Positions 40,647-54,679 of a stretch of DNA of 64,000 bases are shown here, one piece after another (within the stretch, counting starts at the first letter, position 1; each line of letters begins with the position of its first letter). Under the pieces are notes generated by a model. That model was not told the DNA's origin. It searched no databases and was given only the letters and a program-made list of their open reading frames with translations. This DNA is from the human T2T-CHM13v2.0 reference genome, Homo sapiens. The DNA is taken from assembly GCF_009914755.1 (NCBI RefSeq), contig NC_060926.1; one strand, written 5' to 3'. Made by a program: the position numbers and the translations under genes.

Positions 40647-42319
40647 CAGAAGGTAAACAGTTGGAAGCTACTCAGGCTCTTTCCAGCTCTGGCCGCTAGT
40701 TTCCCTAGGGAGTGGGGCGGGGACGGCAGTGACCAGGTTCCAGAACCCTTCTCCGTCCCGCCCTCCCCTTCCTCCCTCATTCCCACAGCGTCCTGCTCAC
40801 CTGAAACCCCTGCTAATCCCCCACCAACCACTGTGGCCTCAAGGTTGAGATGGGCCATGCTTTTTTCTCTACTGAGGCTGGGGGTAAACAGTTTTCTCTC
40901 TGACCTAATGCATTTTGGTAACACCCTGAATATTTCTGAGTACAAAGGACAAGGCTCAGTCTGGTGGGAGAAACAAAATTTTAAACAGACACAGTCCCTG
41001 CCCTCTGGGACCTCACAGTGTAGTGTGGCAGACAAACCCTTGTGCAACCTACCAGGTGGCCTGCATTCCGGGTGTAAATGGAGGTGATAACAGAGCCCTG
41101 AGAGTTGAGAGAGGTGGGAGTGACTGACTCCTGGTCAGGGTAGGCCTCCCCAGCAAGGTTATGTTGCAACTGAAACTTGAAATCAACTGGCCAGCAAGAG
41201 AGGAAAATCTCTCTAGGCAGAAGCAAGGATGTGTGGATTAGTCAGGAGAGAGTAAGGCCCTGCTGTGGTGACGTATAGACTTGGAATATCTTGGTGGCTT
41301 CTCCCTTTGCTTATGCAATGTCTGATTTTTTGGGGAGTCCTGCATCATGGGGGGAGTCCACTTGCCAGAACCCGTCACTCAGCCTTCACCTGGCCTGAAA
41401 GGGAGGCTGGAAAATGCAGGAGGCACAAGATGGGCTTTGGTGAGCACTGTCTCTGCCAGTAGGTGGGGGCAAAAAAAAAACCAAATGTACAATACACATA
41501 AGGGAAGGGTGAGTAATTTGGCTTAGATGAGCATCCAGTTTAGGCTCACTTGATCCAAATTATGAAAAGTCTTGACCATCAGGCTAAGAAATGGAGACTG
41601 CGTGCTGGAGAAAATAGGCACCTCTAAAAGCTTCTGAGAAGAGTGACATAATTAGAACTACCTTTCATAAAGATTCTGGGGTCACTATGGAAGGTTCATT
41701 CATTTACACATTTATTCATTCTATACTCATTGAGCACCTCCTTAGTGCCAGAGAATGGATGGATTGTAGGAGTGACAGCCTGAAGATGGGAGATGAGCAA
41801 AGATAACTATTTCAGCCATCCTGGGGAGAGAGAAAGGCCTGGATCAAGGCAGGAACAGAGCTCAAAGAGACCAGAAGCAACCTCTGTTCTGATTCCACAC
41901 TTATACACCTGTCTAGTCTATACACTAGACTAGCACAGGGTGAGTGCTCAGTACATTTCTGAATTAGTAAATAAAAGAGTTGGAGGGGATGGAGGAGAGA
42001 GATAGCTGTTGCTGTGACTGATGCTGGATCTGGGGCAGTAAGGGAGAGGGAGGAGTGAAAGCTCACACAGTCTTAGCTGGGTAGTCAGTTGGCTCTGGGT
42101 GTTGCTCATGGCATTAACCAAGACAGTACTGCAGGGAGGAAGAGCATGCTTGACAGTAGCTGGGGGAGACAGTGATGCCATTCAGAATAGTTTTGCTCCA
42201 AGGAAAACTCTTTCCTGAACTCGGCCTGCACCCGAGAACTCATCTAATCCCCAGAGTGCTTCTTTTGTCCTCCTTTGCAGGATTCATACATTTCACCTAG
42301 AATTATACTAATACAGTGT

Positions 42320-42535
42320 AGGGGTTAAAGTTAAACCGGCTTCTGCCCCCAGGCTCTGCCACTGGGTGACTTTGAACCAAGGTATTTAATCATTCTGAGT
42401 CTCAGCTTCTTGGTGTATACCTTGGCAGTAGTAATAATTATAATGCCTTCCTCATCGAGTTGTTGTGGGGATTAAATGAAGTAATTGAAATGAAATCCTC
42501 AGCTCAGTGCCTGACATATCGTAAGTGCTCAAAGT
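42320..42535 (+). mobile_element. MIR
   Basis: MIR core (ctctgccact..gggtgactttg..tctgagtctcag..gttgtggggattaaatga..cagtgcctgacatat). Confidence 0.75.
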
Positions 42536-43466
42536 TAGATATGGACATCTTATTACCTCCTTATAAAATAAAAGCAATGTGTTACTTTTATAATCACACC
42601 ACAAAAGTTAATTAAGAAAAAAAACACTTTGCCTTCCATGCTTGCAATTAGGTTTGGAGCATCTATAGAGTTGGCTATGGAGAGCTCTGTTTCCCCAGCT
42701 CTGGTAAGGTCCGAAAAGCATTTTCATCCTCTTGCAATCTCAACCTGAACAGCTGAATCTTTTTACAAAGCAGCAATTCCAAAACTGAGCACACTCAGAG
42801 CTGAGGAACTCAGAGTCCCATTAATTCTGAATCATCTCTGCAGAGACCAGGACACTTTCTAGGCATGAGACAAGCCCCTGCCTCTTGGTTAAGAAACATA
42901 ATTGATCATCTTGATCCAATTTCAGTGCATTTTCTTTTACTCCAAATTTCTTCCTGTTCTTAAGAACAATCTTAACTTTCTTCTCAGACAGGAATTGAAA
43001 CTTTGCAGCTGACATTTGGAAGCTTCCATTTGCTCTTGTTATAAAAATGCTGGAGTTCAGAGAGAGATAACTCTACCTTCCTGTCATGAGAAAGTTTCTT
43101 TGGGAAACAAGACTCAACTCTCCCAACTCAGACTCGTTATCTCCATCATGGTGGAGGGACCTTGATGGGTTTGGGACAGCCACCATAGAGAGGAGGAATT
43201 GGATTCTGACCTTCATCTCCCTTCATCACCTCACAGCTCAACCCTGAGCACAACAGGATACACCCTTGTTGTCTAAGACTTGAACTGTCTTTTTGGGACC
43301 TTTCTTGGGCAGATGGAGGAAGCTTTAATACTTATTGGTCCCAGAAGTTACTTTGTTTCTTGAGAGGCAAGAGCTTAAAAGCTTGCAGGCTCTACAATTA
43401 GATTGCCTGTTGAAGTCCTGGCTGTGTGAACTGTGTACCTCGGTTTGCTCCTCTGTAAAATGGGGA

Positions 43467-43815
43467 TGATATGGTTTCGCTCTGTCACCACCCAAATCTC
43501 ATCTTGAATTCCCACGTGTTGTGGGAGGGACCCAGTGGGAGGTAATTGAATCATCGGGGCAGGCCTTTCCCATGCTGTTCTCATGATAGTGAATAAGTCT
43601 CATGAGATCTGATGGCTTTATAAGGGGGAGCGTCCCTGCACAAGCTCTCTCTCTGCCTGCTGCCATCCATGTAAGATGTGACTGGCTCCTCCTTCCACCA
43701 TGATTGTGAGGCCTCCCCAGCCATGTGGAACTGTAAATCCATTAAACCTCTTTCTTTTGTAAATTACCCATTCTCGGGTATGTCTTTATCAGCAGCATGA
43801 AAATGGACTAATACA
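43467..43815 (+). mobile_element. THE1 solo LTR inserted in a MIR
   Basis: TGATATGG..ACTAATACA ends, TSD GGGGA (43462-43466 and 43816-43820). Confidence 0.92.
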
Positions 43816-44738
43816 GGGGATAAGAATAATATTTACCTCATAAGGTTATTGAAAAGATAAAATGAGTTGATACACGTAAAAAGTTATAGAGCAGTGACTG
43901 GTATAATGTAAGCCCTCAAAAATGTGATGGTCATTATTATTAATGTCATATTTTGGCATTTCTCCCCTTTATTATGTTTCATGAGTTTCTTGTAGCTGAT
44001 ATTGTGAGTTTTGCATTTTAAAAAGTGTTTTGATTTTAGATTTAAAATTATTTCTTTTTAGATATAATTTTCATGCCACAAATGTCACCCATTTAAAATG
44101 CACATTTCACTGGTTTTTAGTATATTTATAGTTGTGCAACCATCACCACATTATAATCTTAGAACTTTTCAACACTGTCAAAAGGGACCCCGTATCCATT
44201 AGCAGTCATTCCTCTTTCTCCTTCTCTCCACTCCTGCTCCAGGCAACCTCTACTCTACTTTCTGCCTTAATGGATTTGCCTATTCTGGACATTTCATGTA
44301 CATGAAATTATATATTATGTGACTCTTTTTGTCTGGCTTCTTCCACTTAGCATAATATTTTCAGGGTTCACCCATGTTGTAGCATGTATCACTGTTTTAT
44401 TCTTTCCTATCGCCAAATAAGATTCCATCTGAATAACATTCCATTATGTGGACATACTACATTTTGTTTATCCATTTATCGGTGGATAGGCCCTAATAAA
44501 TGATTGTCGTTTCCACTTAGGGCTACTGTAAATAATGCTGCTATGAACATTCATGTACAAGTTGTTGTGTGGACATGTTTTTATTTCTCTTAGGTATAAG
44601 CTTAGCAGTGGAATTCCTGGATCACATGGTAACTCATGTTTAACATTTTGAGGAACTGCCCAGCTGTTCTCCAAAGTGGCTACATCATTTACATTCCCAC
44701 CAGCAATGAATGAGGCTTCCAGTTTTTCCACATCACAT

Positions 44739-45485
44739 TGTGGAAAATGGTTAATTGTATGTATCATCTTGCCTGGGATACAGGGTGCCCAGATAAAACA
44801 TTATTTCTGGGGGTGTCTGTGAGCGAGTTTCCAGATGAGATTAGTATTTGAATCCATGGACTGGGTAAAGCAGATTGCCCTCCCCAGTGTTGGTGGCCAC
44901 TATTCAATCCATTGCGAGCCCGGGTAGGATAAAATGTAGAAGAAAGGGGAATTCATTCTTTGAGCTGGGACATCATCAGTTTCCTGCCCTCTATTGGCCC
45001 TCTGGTTCTCAGAACTGCACCACTGGCTTTTCTGGTCTCCAACTTACAGACAGCAGCTCATGGGCTTCTCAGCCTCTAATTCTTTATAATAAATCATATG
45101 TATATACAGTTGACCCTTGAGCAATGCAGGGATTGGGGTGCTGATCCCCTATGCAGTCAAAAATCCACATATAACTCTTTTGGCTTCTTCAAAACTGATT
45201 TACTAATAGGCTTCTGTTGACCACAAGCCTCACCTATAACATAAATGGCCAATTAACACATATTTTGTAAGTTCTATGTATTACAGGCTGTATTCTTACA
45301 ATAGATTAAGCAAGAAAAAATGGGGTTTTTCCATTTGTCACATATCTCCAAAATTTTTTCCAATATATTTATTGAAAGAAAAACATATAGAAGTGGACGT
45401 GTACAGTTCAAACCCATGCTGTTTAAGGATCAATGGTATATATATCCTATTGGTTCTGTTTCCATGGAGAACCCTAACACACTCA
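44739..45485 (+). mobile_element. MLT2 LTR containing a Tigger2a-like element (45107-45436)
   Basis: MLT2 motifs; Tigger TIRs CAGTTGACCCTTGA and TTAAGGATCAATGG within a TA run. Confidence 0.8.
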
Positions 45486-45701
45486 CTAACACTTGTTATG
45501 GTAATATTAACATTTTATAGTTCTTTTTCTTTCTGTTTTTGAAGCTCTGTAATAATTTTTATTTCCTCCACCTAGGTTCATATTCACACACAAAATATGA
45601 GAGGACACTCAAGTATAATATTTGCATTGTAGGGTTTTATTATATCATGGAACTTCTGGAATGGAAGGACCTTTTATAGCCATCCTAGTCAGTGTTGAGT
45701 A

Positions 45702-46512
45702 CAGTCATCTCTCAGTATCTGAGGAGCATTTGTTCCAGGACCTACCCACAAATACCAAAATTTAACAGAAGCTGAAGTCACTTATGCAAAATGGCATAGT
45801 ATTTGCATTAGGTTAGTACAAAAGTAATTGTGGTTTTTGCCATTACCAATCTAATAAATAACCTACTGTATTAGTCCAGTCTTATATTGCTATAAAGAAA
45901 TACCTGAGAACTTGGTAATTTATAAAGAAAAGAGGTTTACTCAGCTCATAGTTCTGCAGATGGTACAGGAAGCATTATGCTGGCATCTGCTCAGCTTCTT
46001 GGGAAGCCTCAGGAAACTTACAATCATGGTGGAAGCCTGAGGGGGAGCATGCACATCATGGCAGGAGTAGGGGCAAGTGGGGGAGGTGTCACACACTTGT
46101 AAATGACCAGAACTCATGAGAACTCACTCACTGTCATCAGAACAGCACCAAGGCAGTGGTGCTAAATAATTCATGAGAAATCCACCACTATGAGCCAATT
46201 ACTCCCACAAGGCTCCACCTCCAACATTGGGGATTACAACAGAACATGAGATTTGGGAGGGGACATAGATCCAAACCATATCACCTACGTACAACCTCCT
46301 GTGTACTGTACTTTAAGTCATCTCTAGATTACTTATAGTAGTACCTAATACAGTGTAAATGCTATGTAAATAGTTTGCACTGTATTGTTTTTATTTGTTT
46401 TATTTTTATTGTTGTATTGTTATTCTTTATTGTTTTGGTTTTTTTCAAATATTTTCAATCTGTGATTGGTTGAATCTGCAGATGCAGAACCTGCAGATGA
46501 GAGGGCCAACTG
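45702..46512. mobile_element. MER2 Tigger MITE containing a shortened MADE1 (45808-45854) and an antisense MST LTR (45867-46283)
   Basis: TA-flanked CAG..CTG ends; MADE1 TIR ttaggttagtacaaaagtaattg; MST TSD CCTAC (45862-45866 and 46284-46288). Confidence 0.85.
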
Positions 46513-46728
46513 TAGTAAGTCATTGTGCTTTTGATTTGTATTTCCTCATGACTAAATACGTGGAGAATGTTAGCATGTGCTTCTTAGCCATTCTGTATCT
46601 TCTTCAGATAAATGTCTATTCAAATCCTTTGCCTGCTTTTTAATTGAGTTATTTGACTTTTGTTATTGAGTTATAAGAGTTCTTTATATCTTGTGGATAT
46701 ATGCCAATATATGTCTTAAAAATATATT

Positions 46729-47010
46729 CTGCAATCCCAGCACTTTGGGAGGCTGAAGCAGAAGGATCGCTTGAGCCTAGGAGTTTGAGACCAGCCTGGG
46801 AAACATAGAGAGACACCATCTCTACAAAAAATTTAAAATATAGCTAGGCATGGTGGTGTGCACCTGTGGTCCCAGCTACTTAGGAGGCTAAAGTTGGAGG
46901 CTGGCTTGAGCCCAGGAGGTCAAGGCTGCAGTGAGCGGTAATCAAACCACTGTGCTGTAGCCTGGGTGACACAGTGAGACTCTGTCTCTAAAGAAATAAA
47001 AAATGAAAAT
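46729..47010 (+). mobile_element. AluJ-like, 5'-truncated
   Basis: Alu body with J-type features. Confidence 0.9.
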
Positions 47011-50000
47011 AGTTTCTCCCATTCTTTAGATTGCTTTTTTACTTTGTTGATGGCATACTTTGATACACAAAGGCATTTTTATTTTGATGCAGTCCAATCT
47101 ATTTTTTCTTTTATCACTTTCACCATTCACCGTGCTGTTAACTGTGGTTGTGTCATGGATACCCTTTGTTAGGTTGAGGAAGTTTCCTTATACTCCTAGT
47201 TTTTAAATTATTTTCACCATGAAAGCATGTTGGATTTTTGCCAAATGCATTTTCTGTGTTCATGAGATGATTATGAGGTCTTTGCCCTTTATTCTATTAG
47301 GAGGGAGTATTACATTGATTGAGTTTGGGTAAGTCTATTTTGCATTTCTGGGATAAACATCACTTGGTTTCCCTGTGAAATCCTTTTGTATGTTGCTGGA
47401 TATAGTTTACTAGTATTTTGTTGAGAACTTTTGCATATTAATCTGAGTTTCGAAGTGTCCTTTCATGTAAATTCTGATATTCAAATTGTTTTCACTTTTC
47501 TTATACAGTTTCCAAAAATATTAACATTATATAGTTTTCCTTTCTGTTTTTGAAGCTCTGGAATGTTTTTATTTTTTCCACATAGGTTCACATTCACACA
47601 TAAAATATAAGAGGACCCTCAGGTGTAATATTTGCATATAGTGTTTTGCTCCATCATGGAACTTCTAGAATTGAAGGACTTTTAATAATCAACTGGGCCT
47701 ATGATTTTCAACTCTGTTCCACAGTTTCTTAAGATGTTCTGCACATATTTTAAGTTTTTTAAAAGGTATATTTAAATATTTTTAAAACTCTTATATAAAG
47801 ATAGCACTGACATGTCTTCTGTACCAAACTTTAATATATTGACTATCATGGCCAAAATTAACTTGTGTCCCACTAATTGTCTTTATCAAAGTTATCAAAT
47901 ACTTTTAAATAAAATACAATAAGTAAATGCTTTATGCATCAGGGTTTTGTGGATTATTTCATTTTAAATAAGGCCATTTCTATTATTAGATGAAAAAATT
48001 AAAGTGCTGGTCACTTACCCACATTGGAGGCTAAGCTGGGAAGAGAAGCCATCTCTCCTTCCTCTCAGGCCAGTGCCCTTAACCACTTATACTGCCTTTC
48101 AAATGTGATTTGAGTCAAACAAAAGATATTTCACTCAGGGTTTTCTCTCTCCATAAGCCTAGGACTCTGCTTCAAATCACCAGGCCTCTTTGCCGGCTGT
48201 AGGAATGTCAGTGTGGTGCCCACGTCAGCTCTGTGGGGTGGTTCACAGGTCTCAGGGTAATTAAGTGCTTCAGCACTGGAGAATTTCCCTTCTACCCTGC
48301 AGTTCTCAAGCAGGATGGGGGCATAAGGGAAAGGCAATTGGAAGAGTATTTTGGAAAAGTGTTTTAGAAAAGTTTCAAAGTATGTAGACCCTGGGGGAGT
48401 TCTTGACTTATCTTTGGAGTTTAATTTGATGAAGCGAGCCTGCCCAGCCTCACATTTACTGATAACTTGCTGAGTGCATTTGTCCAGGGTGATGCTGAGA
48501 AGGTTGAGTTTTGGAGGACTGAAATGAATCAGACTCAGACAGAGTCTGAGAAGATTACTTCTGAGAAGTAAGATAGAAGACCCCAGTGATCAGTCTCTGC
48601 TGGAGAAAACAGTGGCCTGGGCTAAGTATGCCTGTCCATCAAGACTCTGTACTCTGTCCTGATTGAGATTTCGGCTTGTTTGCCATGGCTTGTGTCCAGA
48701 CTCGGCACCTCACTAATTGGACCCGCCAAACCCTGGCTGAATAGAGTCTCCTCCCCAAGGATGATGATCATTCAGAACGACTTCCAGTGGACTTACAGTG
48801 CATCCATACAGGGCTATGGACACCTCTGTGTTGTCTCTCCATTGTCAGCTGCATTCAGACTTGGAAAATGGTAATGTTTCAAACCACACAAATTGCACCA
48901 GGATTAGTTTTGATGTTCAGGTCACAATAAAAAAGAAGACAGAGAACAAACAAACTGAGTGTAAATGGTCAGTTAGTCATCATGAATGGGGAGCAAGGTT
49001 TTCTTTCGGAAGCACGTTCAGTCTAGAGCAAGGGGCTCGAAATGTTTGGCCCTCCTTTGTAGTATGTTTGCTCTCTCATAAATTCCCACTTATAAATTCC
49101 AAGTGGAATGGAAATTTTCAGTGTGACTCATTCACACAATCATTGTGAGGATCAAATGAGTAAATATGCACTTAAAGTTATTAGAACAGTAACAGGCAAA
49201 GATTAAACAATAAATACGTGGCTGTTATTATCAGTGTCGTCATGATGATTCCTCACCAGTTCCTCCATTTATCACACGCTCTACTACCTACTAAATGTAT
49301 GTGCCGGGTGTTTGAAGAATAAAATGTTTTTTAGGTAAAAGGAGGCAGTTCTTGCCTTTAAGGCTTTTGGAGTCAGTAAAGGAACAAGAAAAGTACAAGA
49401 ATAACTGGAATACAGTGAGCTGCGTTAAATGCCTGACTACTCAGGCGTCCGGGCCAATGACAGTGGAGAGAGCCCAGGATGAGCACTGGAGTGCAAAAGT
49501 CACAGCTGAATCCTTGAAGGTACACAGCAAAATGTGATTGTAAGTGGTACATGTAACACTGTAATGGTAAATGTTGAATAGTGCTAAGTAAATGTGATGG
49601 CTTCTCACCTGGGAAGCCTCCTTAATGGTCCCTAAGGCAGAATTAAGGATTTCCTCCCCATCCTGCATTGCACCCATCGTGCCTCTACCTGTATTTCAAC
49701 ACCATTTGCACTACCTTACCCTCACTGTTTAACACGCCTGTTTTCCCCATGCAAATGTTGTGCTCTCAATGGCAGAGATCTGTCTTCCTCATCTTCACAA
49801 TTCTCAGGACCAGGTATAGTGCCTGGGACATCATTGGCAAGGAGTCAGTAAGGGGGCTGGTGGCAGGGGGACATGCTAGATTTAGTCATGTTGTAAAGAA
49901 AATGGAAATTGCCTGAAATGGCATGTTCTTAGCTCTCCAGTTAAGTCCTAGAAAATACACATTCATTTGGGAGATGCTCAAAAACCACTCCTAGACTCAC

Positions 50001-51169
50001 GCCTGGGATCCACTTCAAGGTCACCTTCACAGTTGCAGAATGCATCTTCTTGCTAGTTTTGAAAATTAAAATTCCATTTGTACATTTCCAATCTCCTGCA
50101 GTGCCTGTGATAAACAGAACAAGCCATAATGTGGATTTCAGAGTGAGACAGGCCCAGGGGTCCATTTCCTTATCTGCAAGATGAGCATCACTATTCCCTC
50201 TTGGGGTTACTGAGGATTCACGCGTGATGGATATGGAAGTGCCTCGCACCCAGGGGGCCCTGGCTAGATGGCAGCTTTCATTGTCCACAGAGCCTCAGGA
50301 TCACTGATTGTGGTTTCATTATCTCATTGGTGAGTTCTACTCACAAAGAGTTTATCAAGGCAGGGCCAGATGTGAAAACACATGCAGTGGTTGGGTAATC
50401 TCTTAAGATGTCATGACTCAAAAACTGATAAATACAGGGAAATAATTGTTTATTCGGCCTTTCCTATAGGAATTGACCAATCAAATAATTAAGAGTAAAA
50501 TTTTTTCTTTTAAAAATATTTCAGCTAATTGAGGAAGGAATGGTAGAATACCACCAACTTGCAACCTCTAATGAATTGATGGATCTAGCAAATGAACATC
50601 AACAGCTGCTAATGTCCCCCAGAGAAATATAAGATCTTATGTACCTTCTGATGGAAGAACAAAGAATCCCCTATGAAATTGTCATGCAAAAAAAAATTAA
50701 TAAATTGACCAAGCTTCTGGGTACAGCTACCAGTAGTAGATAACATTTTAAAGTTGGAATTAGCAAAAATTCATACTGTAGTAAACTCCATTGGACAAAT
50801 AATGAAATTTCTACACAAAGAGAAAAACTTTAGAGGTAAAAATACCAAGAAGATATATCAACCAATCAACAAGATTGGTTCCTTATTTGGTTCCTCCTGA
50901 TTTTTTAATGTATTTTTTCAAAGACAACCATTTATGACACTTATGAGACAATAGGGAAAAAAGATCTTCTGATCTTAAACTTACATTTCCCTTTAGTGAT
51001 GTACATTTTGCCCTGTCCTACTCCAACCATTGTTTTCCTGGATAAAGAACATAGAATTAAAAGGGAAACTTGGCTCACTCCTAAACCTTGAGGGACTTGG
51101 GTCAAGAGTACAAATGACCCACTTACTGTAGCCCAAATATCTAAAAGTTAAAGATTCTCTTAGCAGTGA

Positions 51170-51640
51170 TACCCACTCCCCTCCAAAACAGAGCCTTGAA
51201 CAGGGAATGCAGGCAGGCAGTTTATTTGGGGAGTGATTCCAAGGAACAGGAGTAGGGGTCTTGGAGAGGGCAAAAGGGAAAGAGGACAAGCCAACCCAGA
51301 TGTCCATTATCAAACTGATCGCCACTCTGGGCAACCAGGGGTTCTCCAAGGAGCCAGGTAGAAAGTGTCTCAGAGCCACCTTCCTGAGGGATGGAAGAGT
51401 ATATTCCCTCAGGCTCCTGCTTCTATTGGTCCAGGGTTGCCCCAAGGATGTTACCCCTTCAGCTTTTGCACATGTATCAGAACGGTGATGTGGTCTCAGC
51501 AAGTGTTTCCTGGGGGAAGTAAGGAAGCCCCCAAGGCAGAAGGCCCTAGAATCTGCAGTGTCACTGAGGCAAAGTACATGGGTTACCCAGCATGCAGCTG
51601 GTTGCCATAGCAATGGCTGGACTGAAAGGTGGGCAGGAAG
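51170..51640 (-). mobile_element. Old ERVL-type LTR (LTR16/LTR33-like)
   Basis: aaacagagccttg..gcagtttatttggggagtgattcc resembles the recalled antisense 3' end. Confidence 0.5.
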
Positions 51641-53715
51641 GACGCGAGGTAGAGGACCAGAAATGACCATTACATGGACCAAGATAGCACACTGTTAAAT
51701 CAAATGTGCCCACCCTCCTAACCTGGCAAATACACTGCATTACCACCTGGAGGCCAGGTTCAAACCGAGAGTACTCAGGCCCCTTGGAGTTGAGCCTGAG
51801 AGCAGGAAGTCATGAGGAGAGCTGATCTCTGGTTCCCTGCCCACAACCTGCCCCCTTCTGTCCCCAGCCCTAGGTCCACACCACGTCAAAGGGGCCTTGC
51901 ACAGGAGGCCCTGCACACCTGTCTGTGGACGCCCTGGCCACATCTCCAGGCTCTGTCTCCCCCACCCCCCACAAACAGCTGCTCCTTGGCCATCCTTGGG
52001 CCTAGGGGAGTGCAAGCTGGTGCACTCAGGGAGATGGACCAGGGAAGAGTCCCAGGCAGGCTCTAGAACCAGTTGAAAGCCTCTTGGACAGAGAATCTGG
52101 GGGTTTGGGGCATTCACACCATAGCTGGAGCAGGGGCAGGGTTCCCGGTGGGCATGGCCCCTTGATTCTATGGGCTTCTCGACCCTTTGGGAGGGATGTG
52201 GCTGGAGGAGGGCCAGCATGGGGTCCTTTAAAGCAGAGACCCCTCCTGCCCAGGCCTAAAGGCAATACCAGTTCCCTCAATGACTTTGCACTCTCAGGTT
52301 TTGGAGTCAGACAGATTTTTAGTCAATCCTGGCTCCGGCCTTCAGCAGCAACCTTAAGGAAATGACTCACCTGTCCAGTTTCTTCATTTGTAAGAGAGGG
52401 AGGGGGGCTGCTGTGAGGATTAAGTAAGGAAGTGTTGCACAGCACTCACCTGTGGCTGGCACCTAGTGGCCCTCAACAGGAGGCAGGTCTATGGGAGGAC
52501 AGAGGTACTGCCTCCATGCAATGGCAGTGGGACCAGAGTTTGTGCCCAGGATAGAGAAAGCAGCTGAGGGGGCTGAAGGAAGGGGCACAGGCTGGAGACA
52601 ATGCACTTTATTTGGTGTAATTTGCCTGGAAATGTACAAAGAAGAGTAATTCGATAGTTTTTCCACAGAGTCCCAAACTTCTTTGAGACTTGCTCTGCAC
52701 CCCACTTGACTGTCAGCTCCTGGAGGACAGAGCTGCATATAGCTCTCTAATAAAGCCCCAGCTTCTAGCATATTGCCTGGCACATAGTAAGTGCTCAATT
52801 AAAAAGTGTTGAATGGACAATTTTGAATTGGATTTATTGCTTTTTTATCTAAAAACATATAAACATTCCATTTTAAAGTATTGAAAATAATGAGGCCGGG
52901 GGGAGGTGGGAGACAAGGATTTGGCCAAAGTCTGCATATACTAAGTCAAATAGGGTTGAGTCCTAATGTGGCTTCTGGACCTCACACGTTCTTTGGAAAG
53001 TTACATAACCTGTTATAAGCCTCCATTTCCTCATCTATGCAATGAAGACACTAATAGCATCCACCTCAGAGACTCTCATGTTAGAATAAACAATGATGTA
53101 AAAAGCTTAGCACATTGACTGGAATAAAATCAGATTTCAATATATTATAACTACTACTATTTGGATAACACACATGAATATGTGTGTTATTTTTATTTTT
53201 ATTTTATTTTATTTTATTTTATTTATTTTATTTTATTTTTAGTTCTGGGGTACATGCGCAGGACGTGCAGGTTTGTTACATAGGTAAATGTGTGCCATGG
53301 TGGTTTGCTGCATCTATCAACCCATCTCTAGGTATTAAGGCCAGCATGCATTAGCTATTTATCCAGTTACTCTCCCTCCCTGCCACCCCTGGAGAGGCCC
53401 CAGTGTGTGTTGTTATTCCCCTCACTGTGTCCACCTGTTCTCATTGTTCAACTCCCACTTATAAGTGAGAACATGCAGTGTTTGGTTTTCTGCTTCCGAG
53501 TTAGTTTGCTGAGGATAATGGCTTCCAGCTCCATCCATGTCCCTGCAAAGGACATGATCTCATTCCTTTTTATGGCTGCATAGTATTCCATGGTGTATAT
53601 GTACCACATTTTCTTTATCTAGTCTATCATTGATGGGCATTTGGGTTGATTCCATGTCTTTGCTATTGTGAATAGTGCCACAATGAACATATGCATGCCT
53701 GTATCTTTATAATAG

Positions 53716-54206
<491 letters not shown>

Positions 54207-54323
54207 TTCTTGGCTTTTTAATAATCACCATTATGACTGGCATGAGATGGTATGTCATCGTGGTTTTGATTTGCATTTCCCTAATGATCAGTGACGTTAA
54301 GCTTTTTTTCATATGTTTATTAG

Positions 54324-54679
<356 letters not shown>

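Larger units (their letters stand above)
44040..47430 (-). mobile_element. L1MB-like 3' region, antisense, host of a multi-element nest
   Basis: L1 3'UTR/ORF2 C-terminal sequence resumes across the insertions. Confidence 0.8.

Noticed and set aside
50993-51682. Longest ORF (229 aa, minus)
   Set aside because: Non-ATG start, overlaps an old LTR-like element, composition not protein-like
52458-52472. CTCF-like motif (GGCCACTAGGTGCC, minus)
   Set aside because: Mismatch at a core position; cannot be supported without ChIP data
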